Shown piece by piece: positions 1-6,972 of a DNA stretch of 31,548 bases. Source of the stretch: Candidatus Dormibacterales bacterium (lineage in GTDB: Bacteria > Chloroflexota > Dormibacteria > Dormibacterales > Dormibacteraceae); assembly GCA_038253595.1 (NCBI GenBank), contig JBBSHA010000001.1, forward strand, positions 1 through 31,548. Direction: 5' to 3'. A program made the position numbers and the translations under genes. The first letter of the stretch is position 1. The number at the start of each line of letters is the position of its first letter. Under the pieces are notes generated by a model that was given only the letters and a program-made list of their open reading frames with translations, was not told where the DNA came from and searched no databases.

Positions 1-99
1 CTCGCCCTCGCCGAGCGAGGTCCACAGCCCCTCCCAGCCGCCGAGCACCCGGACCCCGCCCGAACCCTGGCGGAGGGGCAGGCTGAGGCAGTCGTTCAC
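1..99 (-). CDS. Partial CDS (5' end only) running off the window start; product unknown, probably in the gal operon
   Basis: GTG at 99-97 overlaps the galK stop (GTGA). The frame stays open to base 1 (MNDCLSLPLRQGSGGVRVLGGWEGLWTSLGEGE) with GC-rich third positions. Confidence 0.5.
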   Translation of the reverse strand, partial: MNDCLSLPLRQGSGGVRVLGGWEGLWTSLGEGE

Positions 100-1007
100 C
101 CGGCGCCGGCCACGAAGGCGCCGTCGGCCGTCTCGCAGAAGAGGACCGGGACGGGCGCCATGAAGGCTGCGAAGCCCGCCTCCGAGCCCGCTCCGAGAAG
201 GGCCAGCACGCTGCCCCCGAACCCGGCCCCCATGATCCGGGCACCCAGGCAGCCGGGGGCCGCGCAGGCCCGCTCGACCAGCGCGTCCACCTCCGGGGTC
301 GAGACCTCGAAGTCGTCCCGGAGGCTGGCGTGGGAGGCCTTCAGCAGGCCTCCCAGCAGGTCGACCCGGCCCTCCTCCAGGGCGGCCGCGAACCGGCGCA
401 CGCGCTCGATCTCGGAGTCGACGTGGCGGCGGCGGCTGGGCATCCCGGCCTCGGCCTCGCGGCGGCGCTGGTTGTACGGGGTGCCGGCCAGCGAGCGCCG
501 GATGCCCGAGTCCAGCACCGCGATCCGGAGCTCGGCCGGGAGCGGGACGGGGCGGTGCGCGAGAGTCCGGCAGTCGATCAGGAGGGCATGGCCGCGGCGC
601 CCGAGGGCGGCCGCCAGGGGGTCCATGACGCCGACCTGCACCCCCGTCGCCCGCTGCTCCGCGCGCTGGCAGGCGAGGGCGGCGGCCACCCCGCCCAGGC
701 CGGGCCGCAGGCCGGCCGCCGCCGCCACCAGCAGCGCCGCCGAGGAGCTGAGACCGGCCCCGGGCGGGACCTCCGACTCGATCTCCACGGCCTGCGCCCC
801 CACCTCCAATTCGGTGGCCAGGGCCCGCAGGTAGCTCTCGCCGCCGGCCACCCGGCTGCTCACCGCCCACTCCCGGCTGGGCCGCCCGCGGACCGTGACC
901 CGGCGGTCGACCGCAGCCGGCAGCACCTGGCCGCCCAGGTAGTCCACGTGCTCACCGATGAGGTTGACGCGCCCCGGGGCCGATCCCAGCCACGCGTCAG
1001 AGCTCAC
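96..1007 (-). CDS. galK: Galactokinase, compact GHMP kinase (~303 aa)
   Basis: Motifs PGRVNLIGEHVDY (GalK signature), PPGAGLSSSAA (GHMP ATP loop) and GARIMGAGFGG. Start moved from 1061 to the GTG at 1007, which has GAGG 7 nt upstream and overlaps the end of galT. Confidence 0.9.
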   Translation of the reverse strand: MSSDAWLGSAPGRVNLIGEHVDYLGGQVLPAAVDRRVTVRGRPSREWAVSSRVAGGESYLRALATELEVGAQAVEIESEVPPGAGLSSSAALLVAAAAGLRPGLGGVAAALACQRAEQRATGVQVGVMDPLAAALGRRGHALLIDCRTLAHRPVPLPAELRIAVLDSGIRRSLAGTPYNQRRREAEAGMPSRRRHVDSEIERVRRFAAALEEGRVDLLGGLLKASHASLRDDFEVSTPEVDALVERACAAPGCLGARIMGAGFGGSVLALLGAGSEAGFAAFMAPVPVLFCETADGAFVAGAG

Positions 1008-1905
1008 GCAGCCGCCTCGCGGTGTCCTCGGACCGGGCGTCGAGGATGAAGGCGCCGGCACCCAGCTCCGAGCCGGCCAGGTGCTTGAGCTTGTCGGCGG
1101 TGCGGTTGGGCGGGTAGAACTCGACGCGGAAGTGGTGCTGGCGGTGGCCGCGACCGGGCGGCCGCTGGTGCATCGCCATCACGTAGGGCAGGGGGCGGTC
1201 GAACAGCCGGTCGTAGCGTTGGAGCAGGTCCTTCAGCATCGCCGCCAGCGAGTCGGCCTGGGCGGCCGTGAGGTCGAGCAGGCCGCCGGCGTGCGCCCGC
1301 GGCGCCAGGTGGACCTCGTAGGGCCAGCGGTTGAAGGGTGGTACGAACGCGATGAAGTTGGCGTCCGCACTCACCGTACGCTCGCCGCCCGACTCGGCTG
1401 CGAGGACCTCGCAGTAGAGGCAGCGCCCCGTCAGCCGGTTGTGGGCGGCGGACAGGCTCAGCTCCCGGGCCACCACCGGCGGCAGGAAGGGGTAGGCGTA
1501 GATCTGGCCGTGGGGATGGCTGAGCGTGACCCCGATCGCCTCCCCCCGGTTCTCGAAGACATAGACGTAGCGGACGCCGGGCAGCCGGCCCAGCTCGGCC
1601 GTCCGCTCCTGCCACACGGCGACCAGGTCGCGGATGTGGTCCACCGACTGGGCGGCCAGGGAGGAATCGTGCTCCGCGGTGTAGCAGACCACCTCGCAGC
1701 GGCCCTGCTCCCCGCTGTATGGAGGAAACCGGTTCTCGAAGACGGCGATGTGGTAACCGGGCTCCGAGATCTCGGTGGCCGGCGCCCCGGGGCGGGTCGG
1801 GCAGAGCGGGCAGTCGCCGGCCGCCGGCAGGTGGGTTCGGTCCTGACGCCAGGGGGCGACCGTCACCCATTCCCCGCGCAGCGGGTGCCATCGCAGCTCG
1901 CTCAA
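997..1905 (-). CDS. galT: Galactose-1-phosphate uridylyltransferase (main body)
   Basis: LRWHPLRGEW, RQDRT, CPLCP, FENRF, VFENRGEAIGVTLSHPHGQIY (HPH nucleophile motif). Adjacent to galK. TTG start. Confidence 0.92.
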   Translation of the reverse strand: MSELRWHPLRGEWVTVAPWRQDRTHLPAAGDCPLCPTRPGAPATEISEPGYHIAVFENRFPPYSGEQGRCEVVCYTAEHDSSLAAQSVDHIRDLVAVWQERTAELGRLPGVRYVYVFENRGEAIGVTLSHPHGQIYAYPFLPPVVARELSLSAAHNRLTGRCLYCEVLAAESGGERTVSADANFIAFVPPFNRWPYEVHLAPRAHAGGLLDLTAAQADSLAAMLKDLLQRYDRLFDRPLPYVMAMHQRPPGRGHRQHHFRVEFYPPNRTADKLKHLAGSELGAGAFILDARSEDTARRLREL

Positions 1906-1930
1906 GCCGGAGGGCTCGGGGTCAAGCCGG
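1902..1930. repeat. 9-bp direct repeat TCAAGCCGG with 20-bp period at the galT split point
   Basis: Copies at 1902-1910 and 1922-1930. Confidence 0.85.
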
Positions 1931-2051
1931 CCGGGGCCGGGTCTGGACGCGGGCCGTAGAGGAGCAGGTAGCGGCCGTCCGGCTTCACAACGACTCGTCT
2001 GGCGAGCCGGCGAAGGTCGGGCGCGGGCGCGGCTTCACGGCGGCGGGGCAC
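1902..2051 (-). CDS. 49-aa ORF resembling the N-terminal segment of long-form GalT (not in the ORF track)
   Basis: Translates as MPRRREAAPAPDLRRLARRVVVKPDGRYLLLYGPRPDPAPAGLTPSPPA*. Its TGA overlaps the galT TTG (TTGA). I recall KPDGRxLxLY as the start of long-form GalT proteins. Confidence 0.6.
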   Translation of the reverse strand: MPRRREAAPAPDLRRLARRVVVKPDGRYLLLYGPRPDPAPAGLTPSPPA

Positions 2052-2061
2052 GACGGGCTGG

Positions 2062-2071
2062 AGTCTATACT
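2062..2071. promoter_or_regulatory. Overlapping divergent -10 hexamers: TATACT (+, 2066-2071) and TAGACT (-, 2067-2062)
   Basis: Sequence AGTCTATACT lies in a short AT-richer patch between the gal unit and the structured RNA. No clear -35 on either side. Confidence 0.5.
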
Positions 2072-2077
2072 GGCTCT

Positions 2078-2261
2078 AAAGTTCACTGCCGTGAGGCTAA
2101 GGAGGTGAGGCCGAGTTGGATCAACCTAATCGTGGAGCCGACCGCCTCGTTCGCCAGCCGGGGGCGCCGGAGGACATCCTCTAAGCGCTGCCGACATTCC
2201 TCTTCGGCTCCCGGAGTCGGAGGTGGAGAGCTCCGCGAGAATCAGCGTTCGTCTGTGAATT
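2078..2261 (+). ncRNA. Candidate structured RNA with 6S (SsrS)-like geometry, ~184 nt
   Basis: Begins 6 nt after TATACT. AGUUCAC (2080-86) pairs with GUGAAUU (2255-61); GAGUU (2113-17) with AGCUC (2229-33); GGAGCCGA (2134-41) with UCGGCUCC (2204-11). An unpaired stretch 2118-2133 and a strong hairpin follow. Folded by hand, no covariance model run. Confidence 0.45.
2116..2184 (+). CDS. Putative 22-aa peptide MDQPNRGADRLVRQPGAPEDIL inside the RNA candidate
   Basis: Perfect SD AAGGAGGTGA (2099-2108), 7 nt, TTG, then TAA at 2182-84. Confidence 0.3.
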   Translation: MDQPNRGADRLVRQPGAPEDIL

Positions 2262-2262
2262 G

Positions 2263-2287
2263 CGGCCGGGGCCCCTGGCCCCGGCCG
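2263..2287 (+). terminator. GC hairpin (11-bp stem, 3-nt loop), candidate terminator or processing stem
   Basis: CGGCCGGGGCC-CCT-GGCCCCGGCCG followed by TAGTCTT (weak U tract). Confidence 0.5.
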
Positions 2288-2294
2288 TAGTCTT

Positions 2295-2747
2295 GTGGAG
2301 CGGATGGCGGCCCTGGACAAGATCATCAACAGCCTCCCCACCGGGTGGGTGAGGGAGATGGGCATCCGCATCACCAAGGCCGGCCCGGACGAGGTCTGCG
2401 CCGAGTTCGAGGTGACCGAGAAGCATCACCAGGGCTACGGGATCGTCCACGGCGGCGTCCACTGCGGGGTGGTCGAGACCCTGGCCTCGATCGGCGCGGC
2501 CGCCGTGGCCCTGCCCCGGGGCCAGGCGGTGGCCGGCCTCGAGAACAGCACCTCGTTTCTCCGGGCCGTCCGCTCGGGCCGTCTCCACGCCACCGCCAAG
2601 CCGGTCAACACCGGGCGCACCGTCCAGGTCTGGGAGGCCTGGATCTGGGACCAGGAGGAGCGGCTGGTGGCCACCGGCCGGGTGCGGCTGATCTGCATCG
2701 ACCAGGCCCGGCCGCTGGCCGGGGAGACGGCCCGAACCCCGGCTTAG
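2295..2747 (+). CDS. PaaI-family hot-dog-fold thioesterase
   Basis: HHQGYGIVHGGVHCGVVETLAS, GLENSTSFLRAV, GRTVQVWE. The start may instead be the ATG at 2304. Confidence 0.88.
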   Translation: MERMAALDKIINSLPTGWVREMGIRITKAGPDEVCAEFEVTEKHHQGYGIVHGGVHCGVVETLASIGAAAVALPRGQAVAGLENSTSFLRAVRSGRLHATAKPVNTGRTVQVWEAWIWDQEERLVATGRVRLICIDQARPLAGETARTPA

Positions 2748-2766
2748 CCTCAGCGCCCGTTGCTGT

Positions 2767-4290
2767 TCAGCGCCCGGAAACGTAGCCCAGGATGATCTCG
2801 TCGATCAGGCGCTCGACCGGGGCCAGATCGTCGGTGTAGACCTGCGAGTGGTAGGGCGAGAGGCGGAGGTCACCCTCGCCCTCGGCGCTGGCACCGACCT
2901 GGCGCAGCAGCGGCCCGCTGGCGCTGTCCAAGTGGGAGCGGACCTGCTCAAGTGACACCGGGGCGGTCGTCCCGTAGATCAGCGTGTTGCTGAACCTGGG
3001 CACGTCCACCAGGTAGGTCTGGCCAAAGACGGCCGACATGGTGCTGGCGAGGGCGTCAACGAGCCGGAAGTCGCGGGCAGTGCGGCCGGCGTTGACCACC
3101 GCCACCCCGCCCGGCTTCAGGTGCCGGCGCACCAGCTGAAAGAACTCCCGGGTGGTCAGGTGGAAGGGGATGTACGGCTGCCGGTAGGCGTCCATGATGA
3201 TGACGTCGTACTGGTGGTGGTCCCCGGCCAGCCAGTAGCGGGCATCCTGTACCACCTCGTGGACGTGGGCGTCCTCGAGGTGGAAGTAGCGCCGGGCGGC
3301 ATCCAGGATGGCGGGGTCGATCTCGACCCCGGTCAGATCCACTGCCGAGCCGTAGGCGTCCCGGTACTGGGCGGCCGCGGTCCCTCCCGCCAGCCCCAGG
3401 ATCGCCACGTCGCGGTGGACGGCCGGGTCCGGCGTCGCGGGCGAGAAGTCGGGCGCCAGGGCGAAGTAGTCCCACGGGCCCCCGGTCGTCTTGGACGCGC
3501 TGTCGTAGATCGAGTGGACCGCCTCCCCCTCGTTCAGCACCAGCTCGGTCCGCGTCCCCTGCTGCACCACCTGGATGTAGCCGTAGGCGGAGTCCCTCTC
3601 GAAGAGCAGGCGCCCGGAGGCCGGGGGCTTGATCCCACGCGGGAGCACCGCGGCCCCGGCCAGGACCACGACCAGGAACAGCGCGTAGGCGCGGCGCCGG
3701 TTCCAGAGCCCGGCCACCGAGAGCAGGAGCAGGGCGGCGCTGAAGAAGACCATGGTCGGCCGGGTGCCGAAGGTCGGGATCAGCCAGAAGACCGGCACGA
3801 AGGTGCCCACGATGCTTCCGAACGTGGAGAGGGCGTACACCGCCCCGGCGGTGTTACCCCCGGTCCGCACGTCGGTCAGGAGCAGCCGGATCGCAAATGG
3901 CGACACGCAGCCGAGCAGCAGCACCGGCACCGCGAACAGGGCCATGACGGCGAGGAGGGTGCCGAGCACGATGCCCACCGAGAGCGAGGTGAACCCCTGC
4001 TGGGAGAGGAGCAGGATCGGGTAGGAGACGAGCGGGATGAGACCGATCCAGAGGCCCGCCCAGGCGGTCAGCTGGAAGAGCAGGGCCGGCTCCGGGCGGC
4101 GGTCGGCCAGCCGGCCGCCGATCACGTAGCCGGCGCTGAGGTAGATTAGGACCAGCCCGATCAGCACGCCCCAGACGTAGAGACTGGTGCCGAAGTAGGG
4201 GGCGAGCAGGCGCGAGGCGGCGAATTCGACCCCCAGCGAGGACATCCCGGACACGAAGACGAGCGGCAGCAGCAGGCGGCGGGGATCCAC
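2767..4290 (-). CDS. Membrane domain fused to a spermidine-synthase-like SAM-binding domain (~507 aa)
   Basis: N-terminal hydrophobic helices (SGMSSLGVEFAASRLLAPYFGTSLYVW; AGAVYALSTFGSIVGTF). C-terminal ILGLAGGT, GVEID, QDAR, MDAY, PFHLTTREF. Start trimmed to the GTG at 4290, which has a -10 element 7 nt upstream. Confidence 0.85.
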   Translation of the reverse strand: MDPRRLLLPLVFVSGMSSLGVEFAASRLLAPYFGTSLYVWGVLIGLVLIYLSAGYVIGGRLADRRPEPALLFQLTAWAGLWIGLIPLVSYPILLLSQQGFTSLSVGIVLGTLLAVMALFAVPVLLLGCVSPFAIRLLLTDVRTGGNTAGAVYALSTFGSIVGTFVPVFWLIPTFGTRPTMVFFSAALLLLSVAGLWNRRRAYALFLVVVLAGAAVLPRGIKPPASGRLLFERDSAYGYIQVVQQGTRTELVLNEGEAVHSIYDSASKTTGGPWDYFALAPDFSPATPDPAVHRDVAILGLAGGTAAAQYRDAYGSAVDLTGVEIDPAILDAARRYFHLEDAHVHEVVQDARYWLAGDHHQYDVIIMDAYRQPYIPFHLTTREFFQLVRRHLKPGGVAVVNAGRTARDFRLVDALASTMSAVFGQTYLVDVPRFSNTLIYGTTAPVSLEQVRSHLDSASGPLLRQVGASAEGEGDLRLSPYHSQVYTDDLAPVERLIDEIILGYVSGR

Positions 4291-4315
4291 GGGCCGAAGC
4301 GTAGCCGGGATCCAC
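4282..4315. repeat. 9-bp direct repeat GGGATCCAC with 25-bp period, duplicating the start codon context
   Basis: Copies at 4282-4290 and 4307-4315 flank the -10 element. On the minus strand each reads GTGGATCCC. Confidence 0.7.
4298..4303 (-). promoter_or_regulatory. -10 hexamer TACGCT, leaderless promoter candidate
   Basis: TANNNT 7 nt upstream of the GTG at 4290, no SD. Confidence 0.5.
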
Positions 4316-4375
4316 CGCCACCCGGCGGCGCCCGCTTCGCCCTGCCTCTCACGGGGGCGGCGGCCGGGCAGCCGG

Positions 4376-5248
4376 CTATGCGGAGCCGGGCAGCTCCTGG
4401 GCCCAGCGCCGGGTGCGCTCGTCGAGCGGCAGGGGCAGGCTGACCTTGACCTCGGCGTAGAGGTCGCCGGCCGCGCCGGCACCGGCGCCCGGCATCCCCA
4501 GCCCCCTGAGGCGGAGCCGGGTGCCATTCTGGGTCTCGGCCGGGACCCGCAGGTTGACCCGCCCCCCCTTCAAGATCGGGACCTCGACCTCGCCCCCGAG
4601 CAGGGCGGTCGCCAGCGGCACGCTGACCACCGTGCGCAGGTCCCGACCCTCGCGCGCGAACGTGGTGTCGGCCGCCACCTCCACCCGCGCCAGCAGGCCG
4701 GGCACCCGGAGCACGGTGCCATCCACCACTCCGGCCGGGACCCTGACCTCCACCCGCCTGCCGTCCGGCATCTCGAAGCGCCGGATGGCACCGGTGAAGG
4801 CCTCCTGGAGCGTGACCTGGATCACGCCCTCCGCCTCCATGGTGACCGGCCCGGACCGGCCCCGGCCGCCGCCCCCGAAGAGGTTGCCGAAGAGGTCCGA
4901 GAGGGGCTGGCCGTCACCACCCCCGAACAAATCCCTGAGGTTCTCGGAATCGACTCGAGCGCGCGCCCCCTGGCGTCCGGCCGAGCCGGCCCCGGGGCGG
5001 TCGGCGCCGGCGGCCGACGCCTGCTCCCAGTTCTTCCCGAAGCGGTCGTAGAGCTTGCGCTTGCGGGGGTCGGAGAGGACCTCCTGGGCCTGGTTCAGGT
5101 CCTTGAAACGCTGCTCGGCCGCCTTGTCGCCCCGGTTCATGTCCGGGTGGTGCTGGCGGGCGAGCTTGCGGAAGGCGCTCTGGATCTCCTTCTGACCGGC
5201 CCCCCGGGCCACGCCCAGGATCTCGTAATAGTCCTTGGTTTCAGGCAT
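4376..5248 (-). CDS. Class-B DnaJ (CbpA-like) co-chaperone
   Basis: J domain (KDYYEILGV...HPD), G/F-rich linker, DnaJ C-terminal domain, no CXXCXGXG zinc fingers. Confidence 0.9.
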   Translation of the reverse strand: MPETKDYYEILGVARGAGQKEIQSAFRKLARQHHPDMNRGDKAAEQRFKDLNQAQEVLSDPRKRKLYDRFGKNWEQASAAGADRPGAGSAGRQGARARVDSENLRDLFGGGDGQPLSDLFGNLFGGGGRGRSGPVTMEAEGVIQVTLQEAFTGAIRRFEMPDGRRVEVRVPAGVVDGTVLRVPGLLARVEVAADTTFAREGRDLRTVVSVPLATALLGGEVEVPILKGGRVNLRVPAETQNGTRLRLRGLGMPGAGAGAAGDLYAEVKVSLPLPLDERTRRWAQELPGSA

Positions 5249-5282
5249 CGGCAGGGATGTTCATACCAACTGCCGGTCCGTC

Positions 5283-5921
5283 CTAACCGGCTTCGGCCAG
5301 CGGGAGCACCCTGGCTCGTGTCCGCTCTCCGTCCAGTTCGAGCACGCCGACGCTGGCGACCTGGCGGTCCCGGCGGTGGCGGACCACCTGCAGCCACGAC
5401 CACTCGAACCACCCCGGCTTCAGCCCCAGCCGCCGCCGCGCCTCCTGGGGGGTCACCAGGTAGACCGCGCCCGGGTTGAAGAGCAGGGCCCCCGACGCCG
5501 TCTCGACGCGGGCCTGGTGGGTGTGTCCGTAGAGGATCACATCGGCGCGCGGGAACTGCCGGCGCAGCCAGCGCGTGAGGCCGGCCCGGGGCCAGAGCCG
5601 GCCCAGGGTCAGCGTCCAGATCAACGTGATCGGCTCCTCCAGGAGGCGGGTCCGGTTGCCGTGGACGACCGCGATCCGGTGCCCCCCGACGTCCATCTCC
5701 AAGCGCTCCGGCAGGCCGCCCAGGCCGGCATCGTGATCGCCGCGGACCGCGTGCACGGGGGCGATCAGGCGCAGCGCGGCCAGCGTCGCCTCCCCGCCGG
5801 GGCCCCCGACGTCGCCGCAATGGAGGATCAGCGCCACCCCCCGCAGCCGCTCCAGCACCGGGCCCGGCAGCTCACCCGCGTACTCGGGGCAGTGGGTGTC
5901 CGAGACGACGCCGATGCGCAT
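5283..5921 (-). CDS. Calcineurin-like metallophosphoesterase (YfcE/Vps29-like)
   Basis: SDTH, HCGD, RGDHD, VHGN, YGHTH and FNPGA motifs. Confidence 0.88.
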   Translation of the reverse strand: MRIGVVSDTHCPEYAGELPGPVLERLRGVALILHCGDVGGPGGEATLAALRLIAPVHAVRGDHDAGLGGLPERLEMDVGGHRIAVVHGNRTRLLEEPITLIWTLTLGRLWPRAGLTRWLRRQFPRADVILYGHTHQARVETASGALLFNPGAVYLVTPQEARRRLGLKPGWFEWSWLQVVRHRRDRQVASVGVLELDGERTRARVLPLAEAG

Positions 5922-5927
5922 GCGCTC

Positions 5928-5933
5928 ATTGTG
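5928..5933 (-). promoter_or_regulatory. -10-like hexamer CACAAT, leaderless promoter candidate
   Basis: 6 nt upstream of the ATG at 5921, no SD. Confidence 0.4.
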
Positions 5934-5970
5934 GGGCCGGCCCTCCCGGTGGCCGGCCCCGGCCGCGCTC

Positions 5971-6972
5971 TCAGCTCGCGGCGAACACGTGCCGGCCGAG
6001 GTCCTCGGCCCTCGGCTGCGGCTGGGCTTCGGCCCAGTCGGCCGCCTCTCCCGCCTCCCGGTCCAGCTCCTCCCGGATCGCCTTGGAGCGGGCGCCGCTC
6101 AGCCGGCCGCGGGCGATCAGCCAGTCCTCGAAACGGAGAAGCGGGTCGTGGCGGGAGGCGTCCTCCAGCTCCTCGGGGCTGCGGTACTTGGCCTGGTTGT
6201 CCTCCGAGGTGTGGGAGTTGATGCGCCAGATCCGGGCCTCGATCAGCGTCGGCCCGGCGCCCGAGCGGGCCCGGGCCACCGCCTCCCGGGCCGCCGTGTG
6301 GCAGGCGGGCACGTCGGTCCCGTCGACCGTCACTCCGACCATGCCGTAGCCCTCGGCGCGCTCGGCCAGGTGCACGTTGCCCGCCTGCAGCCGGAGCGGC
6401 ACCGAGATCGCGTAGCCGTTGTTCTCGCAGACGAAGATCACCGGCAGCCGGTGCACGCCCGCGAAGTTGAGGCCCTCGTGGAAGCCGGTCGACGAGGTCG
6501 AGCCGTCGCCGAACGTGCACAGGGTCACCTCGTCCAGGCCGCGCAGGCGGCTGGCGTAGGCGATTCCCGCCGCCTTGGGGATCCAGGTCCCGATCACCTG
6601 GGAGACGGACGCGACCCGGAGCCGGGGCAGGGAGAAGCAGCCGCCGGGGATGTTGCGGCCTCCCGACAGGGGGTCGGCGGCACGCGCGAACACCGCCAGC
6701 ATCCACTCCCGGGCCGTCAGGCCGCGGGTGACGGCGTTGCCGAGACCCCGGTAGTGGGGCACCAGCCAGTCCGTGGGCCGCAGCGCCGCCGTGCTGGCGA
6801 CCTGGATCCCCTCGTGGCCGCGGGAGGAGCCGACGAACGGTGCCCGGCCCTGCTTGACCAGAATGTGCATCCGGTCGTCGAGGGCCTTGGCCATGACCAT
6901 CGCGCGATGGATCTGGAGGTACTCCTCCGGAGTCGCCGGGGGCGCCTCCTCAGTGTCCAGCGATCTGTCCAC
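5971..6972 (-). CDS. TPP-dependent 2-oxoacid dehydrogenase E1 alpha subunit (branched-chain type likely)
   Basis: GHEGIQVA, TPP motif FGDGSTS...CENNGYAIS, SHTSEDN...YRS loop. Overlaps the upstream synthase by 23 nt. No beta or E2 gene follows. Confidence 0.88.
   Translation of the reverse strand: MDRSLDTEEAPPATPEEYLQIHRAMVMAKALDDRMHILVKQGRAPFVGSSRGHEGIQVASTAALRPTDWLVPHYRGLGNAVTRGLTAREWMLAVFARAADPLSGGRNIPGGCFSLPRLRVASVSQVIGTWIPKAAGIAYASRLRGLDEVTLCTFGDGSTSSTGFHEGLNFAGVHRLPVIFVCENNGYAISVPLRLQAGNVHLAERAEGYGMVGVTVDGTDVPACHTAAREAVARARSGAGPTLIEARIWRINSHTSEDNQAKYRSPEELEDASRHDPLLRFEDWLIARGRLSGARSKAIREELDREAGEAADWAEAQPQPRAEDLGRHVFAAS

Noticed and set aside
2116-2184. Type I toxin-antitoxin locus
   Set aside because: The peptide is polar with no TM helix, unlike type I toxins, and I saw no convergent antisense promoter.
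4291-4527. 79-aa N-terminal extension of the membrane/spermidine-synthase ORF
   Set aside because: It overlaps the DnaJ gene, is low-complexity, and a -10 element supports the start at 4290.
5249-5282. CIRCE or HAIR heat-shock operator before the DnaJ gene
   Set aside because: Neither TTAGCACTC-N9-GAGTGCTAA nor CTTGAGT-N7-ACTCAAG is present.
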